Part shown: piece after piece, positions 31,476 to 40,873 of the stretch
Numbering within the stretch: the stretch's first letter is position 1
Layout: each line of letters opens with the position of its first letter
NCBI GenBank assembly: GCA_963761335.1
Contig: CAVXGR010000018.1
Location: 992,001 to 1,056,000 of the forward strand
DNA from: an uncultured delta proteobacterium
Lineage (GTDB): Bacteria; Desulfobacterota; Binatia; HRBIN30; BPIQ01
DNA length: 64,000 bases
Direction of reading: 5' to 3'
Program-made: the position numbers and the translations under genes
Notes under the pieces: generated by a model
Told to the model about the DNA's origin: nothing
Seen by the model: the letters and a program-made list of their open reading frames with translations, nothing else
The model's database searches: none

Positions 31476-32443
31476 AGATTTTGATCACCGGCGGCGGCGG
31501 GTTTCTCGGCTCGCATCTGGCAGACGCTTTCCTCGACCGCGGCGACGAGGTCTTCATCCTCGACAACGGCTCGGTCGCCAAGGTGCGCCACCTGATCGGC
31601 AATCCCGCCATGCACTACGTGCGCGACAGCATTTTCAACCTCGACATCCTCGACGGGCTCGTCTCCAAGGTCGACCTCGTCTACCATCTCGCCGCTGTGG
31701 TCGGGGTCGAGCACTACGTCGGCGATCCGTACGAGGTGCTGAACGTCAACGTCAACGGCATGCAGAACATCCTCAAGGCTGCCTTCAAGCACTCCAAGAA
31801 GGTGGTCTTCAGCTCGACCTCGGAGGTCTACGGGCGCAACCCGAAGGTGCCCTGGCACGAGGACGACGACCGGGTCCTCGGCTCGACGCGCATCGATCGC
31901 TGGTGCTACTCGACCTCGAAGGCCGTCGGCGAGCATTTCTGCTTCGCCTATCACAAGATGGGTCTTCCGGTGAGCGTCGTCCGTTACTTCAACGTCTACG
32001 GGCCGCGCCTCGACAGCCTCGACGTCGGCCGCGTCATCACCATCTTTCTCGGCCGGGCGCTGCGGGGTGAGCCCCTGCGGGTGGTGGGCGACGGCACGCA
32101 GACGCGCTGCTTCACCTACGTGACCGACGCCGTGCGCGCCACGGTCGCCGCCGGAGTGGGGGAGGGGACCGATGGCGAGGCCTTCAACATCGGCACCGAC
32201 ACCGAGACGACCATCCTCGAGCTGGCGCGACAGATCGTCGAGATCACCGGCTCGAAGAGCGCGATCGAGCTGACGCCGCAGGAGGCGGTGTACGGCAACA
32301 GCTACGAGGACGTGCCGCGGCGCGTTCCCGACATCACCAGGATGCACGAGATCCTCCGCGTACGCGCCGAGATTCCGCTCCACGACGGCCTGCGGCGGAC
32401 CATCGAGTGGTTCGGCAGTGAGCTGCGCTCCGGCTCGCGCTAG
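31472..32443 (+). CDS. NAD-dependent nucleotide-sugar epimerase/dehydratase (ArnA C-terminal/UDP-GlcA decarboxylase-like)
   Basis: ITGGGGFLGSHL, STSEVYG, RWCYSTSK, RYFNVYGPR, QTRCFTY; GTGA coupling. Confidence 0.9.
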   Translation: MKILITGGGGFLGSHLADAFLDRGDEVFILDNGSVAKVRHLIGNPAMHYVRDSIFNLDILDGLVSKVDLVYHLAAVVGVEHYVGDPYEVLNVNVNGMQNILKAAFKHSKKVVFSSTSEVYGRNPKVPWHEDDDRVLGSTRIDRWCYSTSKAVGEHFCFAYHKMGLPVSVVRYFNVYGPRLDSLDVGRVITIFLGRALRGEPLRVVGDGTQTRCFTYVTDAVRATVAAGVGEGTDGEAFNIGTDTETTILELARQIVEITGSKSAIELTPQEAVYGNSYEDVPRRVPDITRMHEILRVRAEIPLHDGLRRTIEWFGSELRSGSR

Positions 32444-32470
32444 CGGTGCCGCGGTTGTAGCTTCGACCCC

Positions 32471-32920
32471 ATGAGCGACAGCAGAGCGGAACCCGCCGTG
32501 CCGCAGGGGCTCGGCGCCAGCGGCTTCGATGAGGCCATGGGCTTTCGCTTCGTGCGCGCCAGTCGCGACGAGGTGGTTCTCGAGTACGACATCGACGACC
32601 GTCATCGGCAGCCCTATGGCATCGTCCACGGAGGCGTGCACTGCGCCATCGTCGAGACCGCCTGCTCCACCGGCGCCGGGCTCGATGCCCGGGCGCGCGG
32701 CCAGGCGGTGGTCGGCGTCGAGAACCACACCAGCTTCATCCACGCGATTCGTTCCGGCCGCGTGCGGGTCACGGCGAGACCGCTGACCCGCGGCCGCCGC
32801 ACCCAGGTGTGGGAGGCGACCGCCCACGACCAGGATGGTCGCCTGATCTCCACCGGCCGCGTGCGTCTTCTCTGCCTCGACCCGGGCACCGAGCTGGCCG
32901 GGCGGACGGTCGAGCGGTAG
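32471..32920 (+). CDS. PaaI family thioesterase
   Basis: QPYGIVHGGV, VGVENHTSF, RGRRTQVW. Confidence 0.9.
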   Translation: MSDSRAEPAVPQGLGASGFDEAMGFRFVRASRDEVVLEYDIDDRHRQPYGIVHGGVHCAIVETACSTGAGLDARARGQAVVGVENHTSFIHAIRSGRVRVTARPLTRGRRTQVWEATAHDQDGRLISTGRVRLLCLDPGTELAGRTVER

Positions 32921-32940
32921 TGCCGGTTGTCGTCCGACGC

Positions 32941-33054
32941 CATTCTCATTCCCGGTTCTCATCCCGTCGTTTTCCATCTTCTCAGCGCCGGGGATCTGGC
33001 TGCCGCCTGCAGGGCAACGGAGAACGACGGGATGAGAACCGGGAATGGGGAATG
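32941..33054. repeat. Palindromic element ATTCTCATTCCCGGTTCTCATCCCGTCGTTTTCCAT, copy 1 (both arms)
   Basis: Arm 32942-32977 and inverted arm 33018-33054; further copies at 58539 and 60958-61078. Confidence 0.8.
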
Positions 33055-33107
33055 CAGCCCATTCACAACGACTGCCCGTCGATTTTCACGCCGCGGCGGG
33101 CGCGGAT

Positions 33108-33242
33108 TCCCTCTCCCGCATTGTTTCGCGGGAGAGGGTCAGGGCGAGGGTTCCGATCTTCTTGAACGCCGCAGAAATCGCGAACTCTCAGGAAGGACCC
33201 CTCACCTTGTTTCTCTCCCCGCGAAAAGAATGCGGGGAGAGG
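33108..33242. repeat. BoxC-like paired palindrome, copy 5
   Basis: CCCTCTCCCGCATTGTTTCGCGGGAGAGGGTCAGGGCGAGGG ... CCCTCACCTTG..TCTCCCCGC..GCGGGGAGAGG. Confidence 0.8.
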
Positions 33243-33319
33243 AGACCGTTGCGCGAGGCGGCGGGAGATAGTTGCAGAGTCGGATCGGCAAACCGGGACA
33301 GTGCAGAGCTCGCGTCCCG

Positions 33320-33356
33320 TTGACATAGTGAAACGTTTGTTTTAAACGACCGTTTC
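33320..33356 (+). promoter_or_regulatory. Promoter with overlapping putative TetR operator
   Basis: TTGACA at 33320; imperfect palindrome GAAACGTTTGTTTTAAACGACCGTTTC (33330-33356) abutting the GTG start. Confidence 0.65.
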
Positions 33357-34031
33357 GTGGCCCGAAGCGACGCCAACAACACCAAGGTGCGGCTGATCGC
33401 CGCGGCCGGCGCCCTGTTCGCCGAGCGCGGCTTTCACGCCAGCACCATGCGCGAGATCGCCGTACGTGCCGGCGTCAACCTGGCGGCGGCGAACTACCAC
33501 TTCGGCTCGAAGCGGGCCCTCTACCTCGAGGTGCTGCGGCAGCAGTTCGCCGAGGTCCGCACCGAGCTCGAGCAGCGCGGTGCGGCGCTGCCGGGGAAGG
33601 GCTCCGGCGGGCGCTTGCCGGCGCGGCAGCTGCGCGCCGTGTTGGAGGCCCGCACCCGTGCCATGCTCGACCTCATGGTCGGCCCGCCGCCCGGGGTGCA
33701 CGGCACCCTCATGCAGCGGGAGATGACCGATCCCAGCGAGGCGATTCCGGTGATTGCCGCCGAGTTCATTGCGCCGATGGCGGACGAGCTGAGGGAGATC
33801 ATCGCTCTCATGGAGCCGCGCCTGGCCGGCGCCGCCCTCGACCGCTGCGTCTACAGCATCGTCGGGCAGGCGGTGTTCTATCGCTTCGCCATGCCGGCAA
33901 TGCTGCATCTGCTCGGCCGCGATTCTTATCCGCGCGGCTTCAGCGGCGCTCTGGCGCGGCACATCACCATCTTCTCGATCGGCGGCATGAGCGCTCTGGC
34001 GGAGGAGAAAGGCAAGGGGGATGCGCTCTGA
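33357..34031 (+). CDS. TetR family regulator (CecR/YbiH-like, DUF1956 C-terminus)
   Basis: LFAERGFHASTMREIAVRAGVNLAAANYHFGSKRALY; SIVGQ; HITIFSIGG. Confidence 0.9.
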   Translation: MARSDANNTKVRLIAAAGALFAERGFHASTMREIAVRAGVNLAAANYHFGSKRALYLEVLRQQFAEVRTELEQRGAALPGKGSGGRLPARQLRAVLEARTRAMLDLMVGPPPGVHGTLMQREMTDPSEAIPVIAAEFIAPMADELREIIALMEPRLAGAALDRCVYSIVGQAVFYRFAMPAMLHLLGRDSYPRGFSGALARHITIFSIGGMSALAEEKGKGDAL

Positions 34032-35523
34032 TTCGCGGCTGGTGCTGGCCTTCTGCTTCGCCGTGGCCGCGGCGCTCGCCGGCTGTGGCGCCGTTTCCTC
34101 GCTGACGCGTCCGGAAGGCGATGGCGGCTGGGACGCGGCGCGGCGGCGCCACGAGCTGGCGCAACGCGCCGCCGTCGCCGGCGTCGAGCTCGGGCTTGCC
34201 GAGACGGCCGCGACGCCGACCCCGGAGATCCCCGCTCGTTTCGATCTGCAGACGGCGCTGCAGACGGCGGCGCGCCGCAATCGCGAGATTGCCGCTGCCG
34301 AGCTGCAGGTGGAGGAGGCGCGGCAGCGGACCTTCGAGGCGCGCGGTCTCCTGCTTCCCGCCACCACCGCCAGCGGACGATATACCTGGTACACCGACTC
34401 ACAGACGACGCGTGTCAACTTCCCGCCCGGCCTTCTTCCGGAGGGCACGACGACCACGCCCGATGTCGTCGTGCGCGAGGCCGAGAACGGCACGGTCAAC
34501 GGCACGCTGACCTTGCCCCTCGATCTCTCCGGCGAGATCCGCCACGCTCTGGCCGCGGCGCAGGCGGGCTATCGCGGCGAGAAGGCGCGGCTGTGGGCCA
34601 CCACCCTGGCGCAGCAGCTCGCCGTGGTGCGCGCCTATTTCTCCTTGCTCGAAGCGGAGCGCCTGCGCGAGGTCACCGAGCAACGCCTGGGACTCTTCCG
34701 CCAGCAGCTCAACAACGCGCAGAGCCTCTTCGACAACGGCCGCGCCACCAAGAACGAGCTGCTGGTCGTGCAGGTGGCGCTGCGCAACGCCGAGCAGGAG
34801 AGGCTGCAGCGCGACATCGCCATCGACCAGCAGCGCTGGGCCTTCAACCGCGCCGTCGGCCTGCCGGTCGACGCGCCCACCGAGGTCGTCGACGTGCGCG
34901 CCCGACCGCAGCTGCCCACCGCCGCCGAGGCTCTGCGCCAGGCGGCGCTGCACAACCCGGCGCTCGCCGCACTGCTCGAGGAGCAGCAGCGATTGCAGCA
35001 GACGCTGGTCTCGCTGCGGCGCAGCCGGGCGCCGCGCTTCTCCTCCGGTGCCGCCATCGATTACTCGAGCTCGGGTCTAGTGCAGCCGGAGGAGATCGGC
35101 TCCGGCTTCGTCGGCTTCGAGTGGGACCTCGGCACCGACACGCGCCGGGAGGCGCGCATCGCCGCGGCGCACGCCGCCGCCGAGCGCAACCGCGTGCTCA
35201 CCGAGCAGCAGCTACGCGAGCTCGAGACCGGAGTGCGTTTGGCGCAGCGTGCCGCCGAGGAACGCCTGGCGGCGCTCGGAGCCGCGGAAGCGGCGGTCGG
35301 TCAGGCGGAGGAGAACCTGCGCATTCGCCAGCAACAGTTCGACGCCGGCCGGGCGACCAGCGATGACGTTCTCGAAGCGGAGTCGCTGCTCACCGGGCAG
35401 CGCGCCACTCTCGCCAGCGCTCTGTACGAGGCCCATATCCGCCGCGCCGAGCTGCAGCAGCTGATCGGGCTGCCGCTGGATGCCGACTGGGAGGCGCCGC
35501 CGCCCGAGGGCGATACGAGGTAG
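34021..35523 (+). CDS. TolC family outer-membrane efflux lipoprotein
   Basis: Lipobox LAGC; VVRAYF, AEENLRIRQQQFDAGRAT..DVLEAE helical repeats. Confidence 0.88.
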   Translation: MRSDSRLVLAFCFAVAAALAGCGAVSSLTRPEGDGGWDAARRRHELAQRAAVAGVELGLAETAATPTPEIPARFDLQTALQTAARRNREIAAAELQVEEARQRTFEARGLLLPATTASGRYTWYTDSQTTRVNFPPGLLPEGTTTTPDVVVREAENGTVNGTLTLPLDLSGEIRHALAAAQAGYRGEKARLWATTLAQQLAVVRAYFSLLEAERLREVTEQRLGLFRQQLNNAQSLFDNGRATKNELLVVQVALRNAEQERLQRDIAIDQQRWAFNRAVGLPVDAPTEVVDVRARPQLPTAAEALRQAALHNPALAALLEEQQRLQQTLVSLRRSRAPRFSSGAAIDYSSSGLVQPEEIGSGFVGFEWDLGTDTRREARIAAAHAAAERNRVLTEQQLRELETGVRLAQRAAEERLAALGAAEAAVGQAEENLRIRQQQFDAGRATSDDVLEAESLLTGQRATLASALYEAHIRRAELQQLIGLPLDADWEAPPPEGDTR

Positions 35524-35525
35524 AG

Positions 35526-36566
35526 ATGCCGAAACAACTGCTCATCATTCCGGTGCTGCTCGTGGCCGCCGGCACCGCGGCCTTCTTCTATGTGCGCGGC
35601 GATCAGGCGCCGCCGCACTACACCGGCTTCGTCGAAGGCGAGGAGCGCATCCTCCGCAGCGAGGTCAGCGGTCGCGTCCTCGAGGTGAGCTTCGCCGAGG
35701 GCGACCGGGTTCCCGCCAATGCGGTGATCGCCCGGCTCGACGACGCCGACATCGCTGCCCGTATCCACTCCAAGGAAGAGGAGCTGTCCGTGGTCGATGC
35801 CGAGATGCGCACGCAGAGTGAACGCGTGGAAGTGGTCGACAGCACCTGGCAGCGGGAGATGGCGGCGCGCCAGGCGGAGCTGCAGCAGGCCGAGTCGGCG
35901 GCGGATCTGGCGGAGCGCACCCTCGGGCGCGAGCAGGAGCTGGTGAAGACCGGCGCCAGCACGGCGCAGCGGCTCGACGACGAGCGCGCCCGCCGCGACC
36001 AGGCGCACAGCGCCGTGGTTCGCCTGCGCGAGGTGCTGGCGCGGACGCGCGCCGAAGGGGGCAACGTGGACCTGGCGCGCCACGAGCTGGAGGCACTGCG
36101 GCAGAAGCGCGATCTCGCCGAGGCGCAGCTGGGAGAGCTGAAGGTGACCCAGGCGAAGTACGCCATTCACGCGCCGGCCACCGAGACGGTGGCGCAGACG
36201 CAGTTCATCTGGCCCGGAGAGCTGGCGCAGCCGGGCACGGCGATGCTCTCCGTGCTCGATCCGCAGGACAAGTACGTGCAGATATACGTACCCGTCGCCG
36301 AGGTCGGCCAGCTGCGCGTCGGCCAGCGGGTCGAGATCGAGCTCGACAGTCTTCCCGGGCATCGCGTGCCCGGCGAGGTGAGCTTTGTCGCCGACAAGGC
36401 AAACTTCACTCCCGAGAAGATCGAGACGCGCAGCGACCGCATGGGCCAGGTGTATCGCGCCAAGGTGCGCATCCTCGAAGGCGTCGACCGCTTTCAGCCG
36501 GGCACCGAAGGCAACGTGTACCTGGAGGAAGGGTCGTCGCGACGGGCGGCCGAGCCTCGGGGCTAG
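35526..36566 (+). CDS. HlyD family membrane fusion protein (YbhG-like)
   Basis: N-terminal TM, SEVSGRV...EGDRV, coiled coil, ANFTPEKIET. Confidence 0.9.
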   Translation: MPKQLLIIPVLLVAAGTAAFFYVRGDQAPPHYTGFVEGEERILRSEVSGRVLEVSFAEGDRVPANAVIARLDDADIAARIHSKEEELSVVDAEMRTQSERVEVVDSTWQREMAARQAELQQAESAADLAERTLGREQELVKTGASTAQRLDDERARRDQAHSAVVRLREVLARTRAEGGNVDLARHELEALRQKRDLAEAQLGELKVTQAKYAIHAPATETVAQTQFIWPGELAQPGTAMLSVLDPQDKYVQIYVPVAEVGQLRVGQRVEIELDSLPGHRVPGEVSFVADKANFTPEKIETRSDRMGQVYRAKVRILEGVDRFQPGTEGNVYLEEGSSRRAAEPRG

Positions 36567-36569
36567 ACC

Positions 36570-37532
36570 ATGGAAGAGACGGCGGCGGCAGCGGCACCTC
36601 TGGTGAAGGTGCGCGGCCTGGGCAAACGTTTCGGGCGGCACGCGGCGCTCTCCGGCATCAACCTGACTCTGCATGCGGGGCAGATCGTCGGCGTGGTCGG
36701 ACCCGACGGCGCCGGCAAGACGACGCTGATTCGCTCGCTCGCCGGCCTGCTGGAGATCGAGGCCGAGGAGGCGGTGGTGCTCGGCTGGGATCTGCGCGGC
36801 GAGGTCACGGCGCTGAAGGCGCAGATCGGTTACGTGCCGCAGGCGTTCAGCCTGCAGCGCGACCTGTCCGTGATCGAGAATCTGCGCTTCACCGGCCGCC
36901 TGCACCGCATGGACGCCGAGTCGTTTCGGCTTCGCAGCGGCGAGCTGCTGGAGCGCACCGGTCTGGCGCTGTTTGCCTCCCGCCCCGCCGGTGCCCTCTC
37001 CGGAGGCATGAAGCAGAAGCTGGCGGTCGCCAACGCCCTGCTCATGCGCCCGCGGCTGCTGCTGCTCGACGAGCCCACCGCCGGCGTCGACGTCACGGCT
37101 CGCGCCGAGATCTGGTCGATGCTGGAGCAGGAGGGACGAAGAGCCCTGGTGCTCATCAGCACCAGCTATCTGGACGAAGCCGCCAGCTGCGATCGCCTCG
37201 TCTATCTCGACGGCGGGCGGCTGGTGGCCATGGGCTCGCCGGCGGAGCTGCGTGCCTCGGTCGCCCTCGAGCTGTACCGCGCCTGGGGCGAGAACCCGCG
37301 CGCCATCGCCCGCGCCGCCCGCGATCTCGGCTATGTCGAAGGGGCGCGCGCCACCGGGCGATTTGCCCGCATCGAGGTGAGCGCCGCAACCTCTCCCGGA
37401 GCGGAAGCGGTGCTGCGCGATCTGCGCGCCTTGCCGCAGGGGCGTGTCGGCTTTGCCGAGGCGGCGCCGATCGACATGGAATCGACACTCCTGGCGCTGG
37501 CGCGGGCGCCGCAGCAGGAGGCGCATGCCTGA
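36570..37532 (+). CDS. ABC transporter ATP-binding protein
   Basis: GPDGAGKTT, LSGGMKQKL, LLDEPTAGVD. Confidence 0.92.
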   Translation: MEETAAAAAPLVKVRGLGKRFGRHAALSGINLTLHAGQIVGVVGPDGAGKTTLIRSLAGLLEIEAEEAVVLGWDLRGEVTALKAQIGYVPQAFSLQRDLSVIENLRFTGRLHRMDAESFRLRSGELLERTGLALFASRPAGALSGGMKQKLAVANALLMRPRLLLLDEPTAGVDVTARAEIWSMLEQEGRRALVLISTSYLDEAASCDRLVYLDGGRLVAMGSPAELRASVALELYRAWGENPRAIARAARDLGYVEGARATGRFARIEVSAATSPGAEAVLRDLRALPQGRVGFAEAAPIDMESTLLALARAPQQEAHA

Positions 37533-38455
37533 GCCGATCATTCGGGCGCGCGGTCTGACCAAGCGCTTCGGCGACTTCATCGCCGTCAACGATCTCTCGA
37601 TCGAGGTGCAGCCCGGCACCATCTTCGCCTTCCTGGGCGCCAACGGCTCCGGGAAGAGCACCACCATCCGTATGTTGATCGGCTTGCTGCAGCCGAGCGG
37701 CGGCGCCATCGAGGTGGACGGCATCGACGTCATCCGACAGCCGCGTCGCGTCCGCGATCACATCGGCTACATGGGCCAGAAGGTCAGCCTGTACGCCGGC
37801 CTGTCCCTGCGCGAGAACGTCGAGTTCTACGCCGGCTTGTACGGCCTCTCGGGCGGCGAGCTCGAACGGCGCTGGGGAGCCCTGCGCGAGCGCTTCTCGC
37901 TGGGCGACACGGAGGACGAGAAGGCGCAGGATCTCCCCGGCGGCATCCGCCAGCGCGCCGGTCTGGCGCTCAGCACCCTGCACCAGCCGCGGGTCCTCTT
38001 TCTCGACGAGCCCACGGCCGGTGTCGATGTGCACAACCGCGGCCTCTTCTGGGAGCTGATCCAGGACGAGGCGCAGATGGGGGTCACCGTCTTCGTCACC
38101 ACACACTTTCTCGAAGAGGTCGACTACTGCGACTGGGTCAGCTTCATCCACGAGGGCCGCCTGATCGCCGACGACGCCCCCGAAGCCCTGCGCGGCGAGT
38201 ACTCCGCGGGATACCGCATCTCCGTCGAGGCGCCCGCCGAGGCGCGCCAGCGGCTGCGGCTTCTGGTCGCCGGCGCCGGCGAGACGGCGCGCGACACCGA
38301 GAGCGGCTTCGAGCTCATGGCGCCGCGGCCTGGACGACGAGCTGCTCGCCCGGCTCGAGGAGCTGCGCGAGAGCGGCGCTCGCGTGCACATCGAGCAGGC
38401 GCCGATGACCGATGTCTTTCGCGCCGTGCTGGCGCGCTCGCAGAGGGCAGCGTGA
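37525..38455 (+). CDS. ABC transporter ATP-binding protein with +1 frameshift near 38325 (as written it reads through into the permease)
   Basis: GANGSGKST, LPGG, FLDEPTAGVD; the natural C-terminus LDDELLARLEELRESGARVHIEQAPMTDVFRAVL..* is in the +1 frame (38330-38455). Confidence 0.8.
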
Positions 38456-39585
38456 ACTGGCGGCGGCTTCGCACCCTGATGCGGCGCGAGGTGCTGGCCA
38501 CCTTCCGCGATCCGTTCACCGTCACCATCCTGGTGGCCGTGCCGCTGGCGGCACTGCTGGTCTTCGGCTTCGTTCTCTCCACCGAGGTCAAGGGTCTTGC
38601 GATGGGCGTGCGCGACGCCAGCGACAGCGCGGCCAGCCGGCGGCTGGTGGCCGACCTGGCGGCGAACGGCACCTTCGTCCCCCGCGGCTACGCCACCGCA
38701 GGTGAGCTCGAGCGCGCTCTGGTCTCCGGCGACATCAGCGTCGGGGTGGTCGTGCCGCCCGACTTCGACCGCGACCTGGGCCGCTCCGGAGTGGAGAGCC
38801 CGCAGGTTCAGGTCCTCTACGACGGCGGCGAGGCGGTGCTCGCCGGCAACGCCGAAGGGTTCCTGCGCAGCCTGGTCAATGCCACCGGCGTCGACCTGCT
38901 CACCTCCCGGCGCCTGCCTCCCCACGGGCCGGGGCGTTCCGACCACGGCGTCGGTGTGGTCACCCGAGCCCTCTTCAACCCGACGCTCGACGGCAAGCCG
39001 TTCATGGTGGCCGGGACTTTCGGCTTCGTCCTCTCCTTTCTGACCACCCTGATCACCGCGGTCTCGATCGTCACCGAGAGGCTGACCGGTACCTTCGAGC
39101 AGCTGCAGGTGACCCCGGCGACGTCGCTGGAGATATTCCTCGGCAAGATCCTTCCCCTGGGCGGCGTCTTCGCGCTCGACGTCGTCCTCATGGTCGTGGT
39201 CGCCGGCCTGGCGCTGCACGTCTGGCCTGCCGGCAGCGCTCTGTTCTTCATCACCGTTTCCTCGTTTTACGTGCTGGTGTCGCTGTCGCTGGGGCTGATC
39301 ATCTCGGCGACCTCGCAGACGGCGGCGGAGGCGGTGCAGAAGAGTGTCCTCTTCAGCATCCCGCTGGTGCAGCTGAGCGGCTTCGCCTTTCCCATTCGCA
39401 ACATGCCCACCGTGGTACAGTGGATCGCCGAGGTCTTTCCGGCGACCCATTACATTCGCATCAGCCGCGCCATCTACATGCGCGGCGAGGGACCGCTCGG
39501 CCTCGCCGGCGAGCTGGGCCTGCTGGCGGTGTTCGCCCTGCTGCTGATGGCGTTCGCCCTGCGCAGCATCGAGGCGCGCCGATGA
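38452..39585 (+). CDS. ABC-2 transporter permease (YbhS-like)
   Basis: GTG start overlapping TGA 38453; FNPTL, ERLTGTFEQLQVTP, LSGFAFPI, PATHYI. Confidence 0.88.
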   Translation: MNWRRLRTLMRREVLATFRDPFTVTILVAVPLAALLVFGFVLSTEVKGLAMGVRDASDSAASRRLVADLAANGTFVPRGYATAGELERALVSGDISVGVVVPPDFDRDLGRSGVESPQVQVLYDGGEAVLAGNAEGFLRSLVNATGVDLLTSRRLPPHGPGRSDHGVGVVTRALFNPTLDGKPFMVAGTFGFVLSFLTTLITAVSIVTERLTGTFEQLQVTPATSLEIFLGKILPLGGVFALDVVLMVVVAGLALHVWPAGSALFFITVSSFYVLVSLSLGLIISATSQTAAEAVQKSVLFSIPLVQLSGFAFPIRNMPTVVQWIAEVFPATHYIRISRAIYMRGEGPLGLAGELGLLAVFALLLMAFALRSIEARR

Positions 39586-40736
39586 GCGAGACCGCGGCCG
39601 GCGGCGACGCGGGGCGGGGGAGGTTCTGGTCGAACGTCGGCGCCGTGGCCTACAAGGAGGCCAGCATCCTGCGCCACGATCGCGCCCTGATGGCGACCGT
39701 GGTGGCGCAGCCGATCATGATGTTGCTGCTCTTCGGCTTCGCGCTGTCGAACAAGCCGCTGAACGTGCCGTGGGCGGTGCTCGACCGCAGCCAGACGGCC
39801 GAATCGCGGCGTCTGGTGGCCGAGATCGAGGCGACCGGATATTTCCTGACGCCGCAACGGATCGGCAGCTACGACCGCGGCCGGACGCTGCTGCAGCGCG
39901 GCGAGGCGCTGGCCTTGCTGGTGGTGCCGGAGAATTTCCGGCGCGACATGGAACGCCGCACGCCGCAGGTGCAGGTGCTCGTCGACGGCAGCGATCCCCT
40001 CTCCGCGGCGCGCGTTGCCGGCTACATCGGTCAGGTGGCCGGCGCCTTCGACCTCGCCGGCCTGCCGTCGCGGTCACCGGTGGCGGTGCGCGGCCCGATC
40101 GACGTGCGCCAGCGGTTCTGGTTCAACGCCACCCTCGCCGATCGCGAGTTTTTTCTGGCGGCACTGGCGGGAATGCTGCTGACCAATCTCTGTCTCTCGG
40201 CGATGAGTCTCGGTCTGGTGGCGGAGCGGGAGAGCGGCACCTACGAGCAGATGCTGTCGCTGCCGACGACGCCGATCGAGCTGGTCCTCGGCAAGCTGGT
40301 GCCCTTCGTGGGCCTGAGCTACGGCATCCTCATCTTCGCCACCGTCGCCAGCGGCGTCGTCTTCGGGATCTGGCCCGAGGGCAGCTGGACGGCGCTGTTC
40401 GCGGTGACCTTGCCGTTCGTGCTCGCCTCTCTGGCCATCGGCATCTTCGTCTCGGCGCTGGCGCACACCTCGGCGCAGGCCGTCTTCATCTCGGTGTTCT
40501 TCATCCTGCCCTCGTTCGTGCTCTCCGGGGTGATGTTCCCCTACCAGTTCATGCCCCACGGCGTGCGCGAGCTGGGCGGCATCTTCCCGCTGCGCTGGTA
40601 TCAGATCGCCCTGCGGCGTGTCATCGAGCGCGGCGCCGGACTGCTCGAGGTCACCGTGCCGCTGCTGGCGCTCGGCGCCATCTTCGCCGTCATGCTCGTC
40701 GGCATTCGCTGGCGCCTGAAGCCGCGCCTGGGGTGA
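39582..40736 (+). CDS. ABC-2 transporter permease (YbhR-like)
   Basis: ATGA coupling; ERESGTYEQM, LSGVMFP, FPLRWY. Confidence 0.9.
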   Translation: MSETAAGGDAGRGRFWSNVGAVAYKEASILRHDRALMATVVAQPIMMLLLFGFALSNKPLNVPWAVLDRSQTAESRRLVAEIEATGYFLTPQRIGSYDRGRTLLQRGEALALLVVPENFRRDMERRTPQVQVLVDGSDPLSAARVAGYIGQVAGAFDLAGLPSRSPVAVRGPIDVRQRFWFNATLADREFFLAALAGMLLTNLCLSAMSLGLVAERESGTYEQMLSLPTTPIELVLGKLVPFVGLSYGILIFATVASGVVFGIWPEGSWTALFAVTLPFVLASLAIGIFVSALAHTSAQAVFISVFFILPSFVLSGVMFPYQFMPHGVRELGGIFPLRWYQIALRRVIERGAGLLEVTVPLLALGAIFAVMLVGIRWRLKPRLG

Positions 40737-40783
40737 GGGGGGATGGGTGTTGAGGTGGTGAGGTGTTGCCTGTTGGGGAAGAA

Positions 40784-40827
40784 GTAGAGGAGGCGTCTCG
40801 TCTCCGCGGAGGGGCGGCGGGGGAGTC
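40784..40827. repeat. GTAG-type REP-like unit
   Basis: GTAGAGGAGGCGTCTCGTCTCC..GGGGCGGCGGGGGAGTC, same as part of the 44.1-44.9 kb tandem unit. Confidence 0.65.
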
Positions 40828-40873
40828 TTGCCCGCGTCTTGCCCAAGAAGGCGCGGAGCGGTATCCCCAACCC

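Noticed and set aside
37444..39585. 713-aa natural ATPase-permease fusion
   Set aside because: Better explained by a +1 frameshift; the proper ATPase C-terminus and GTGA junction exist in the other frame
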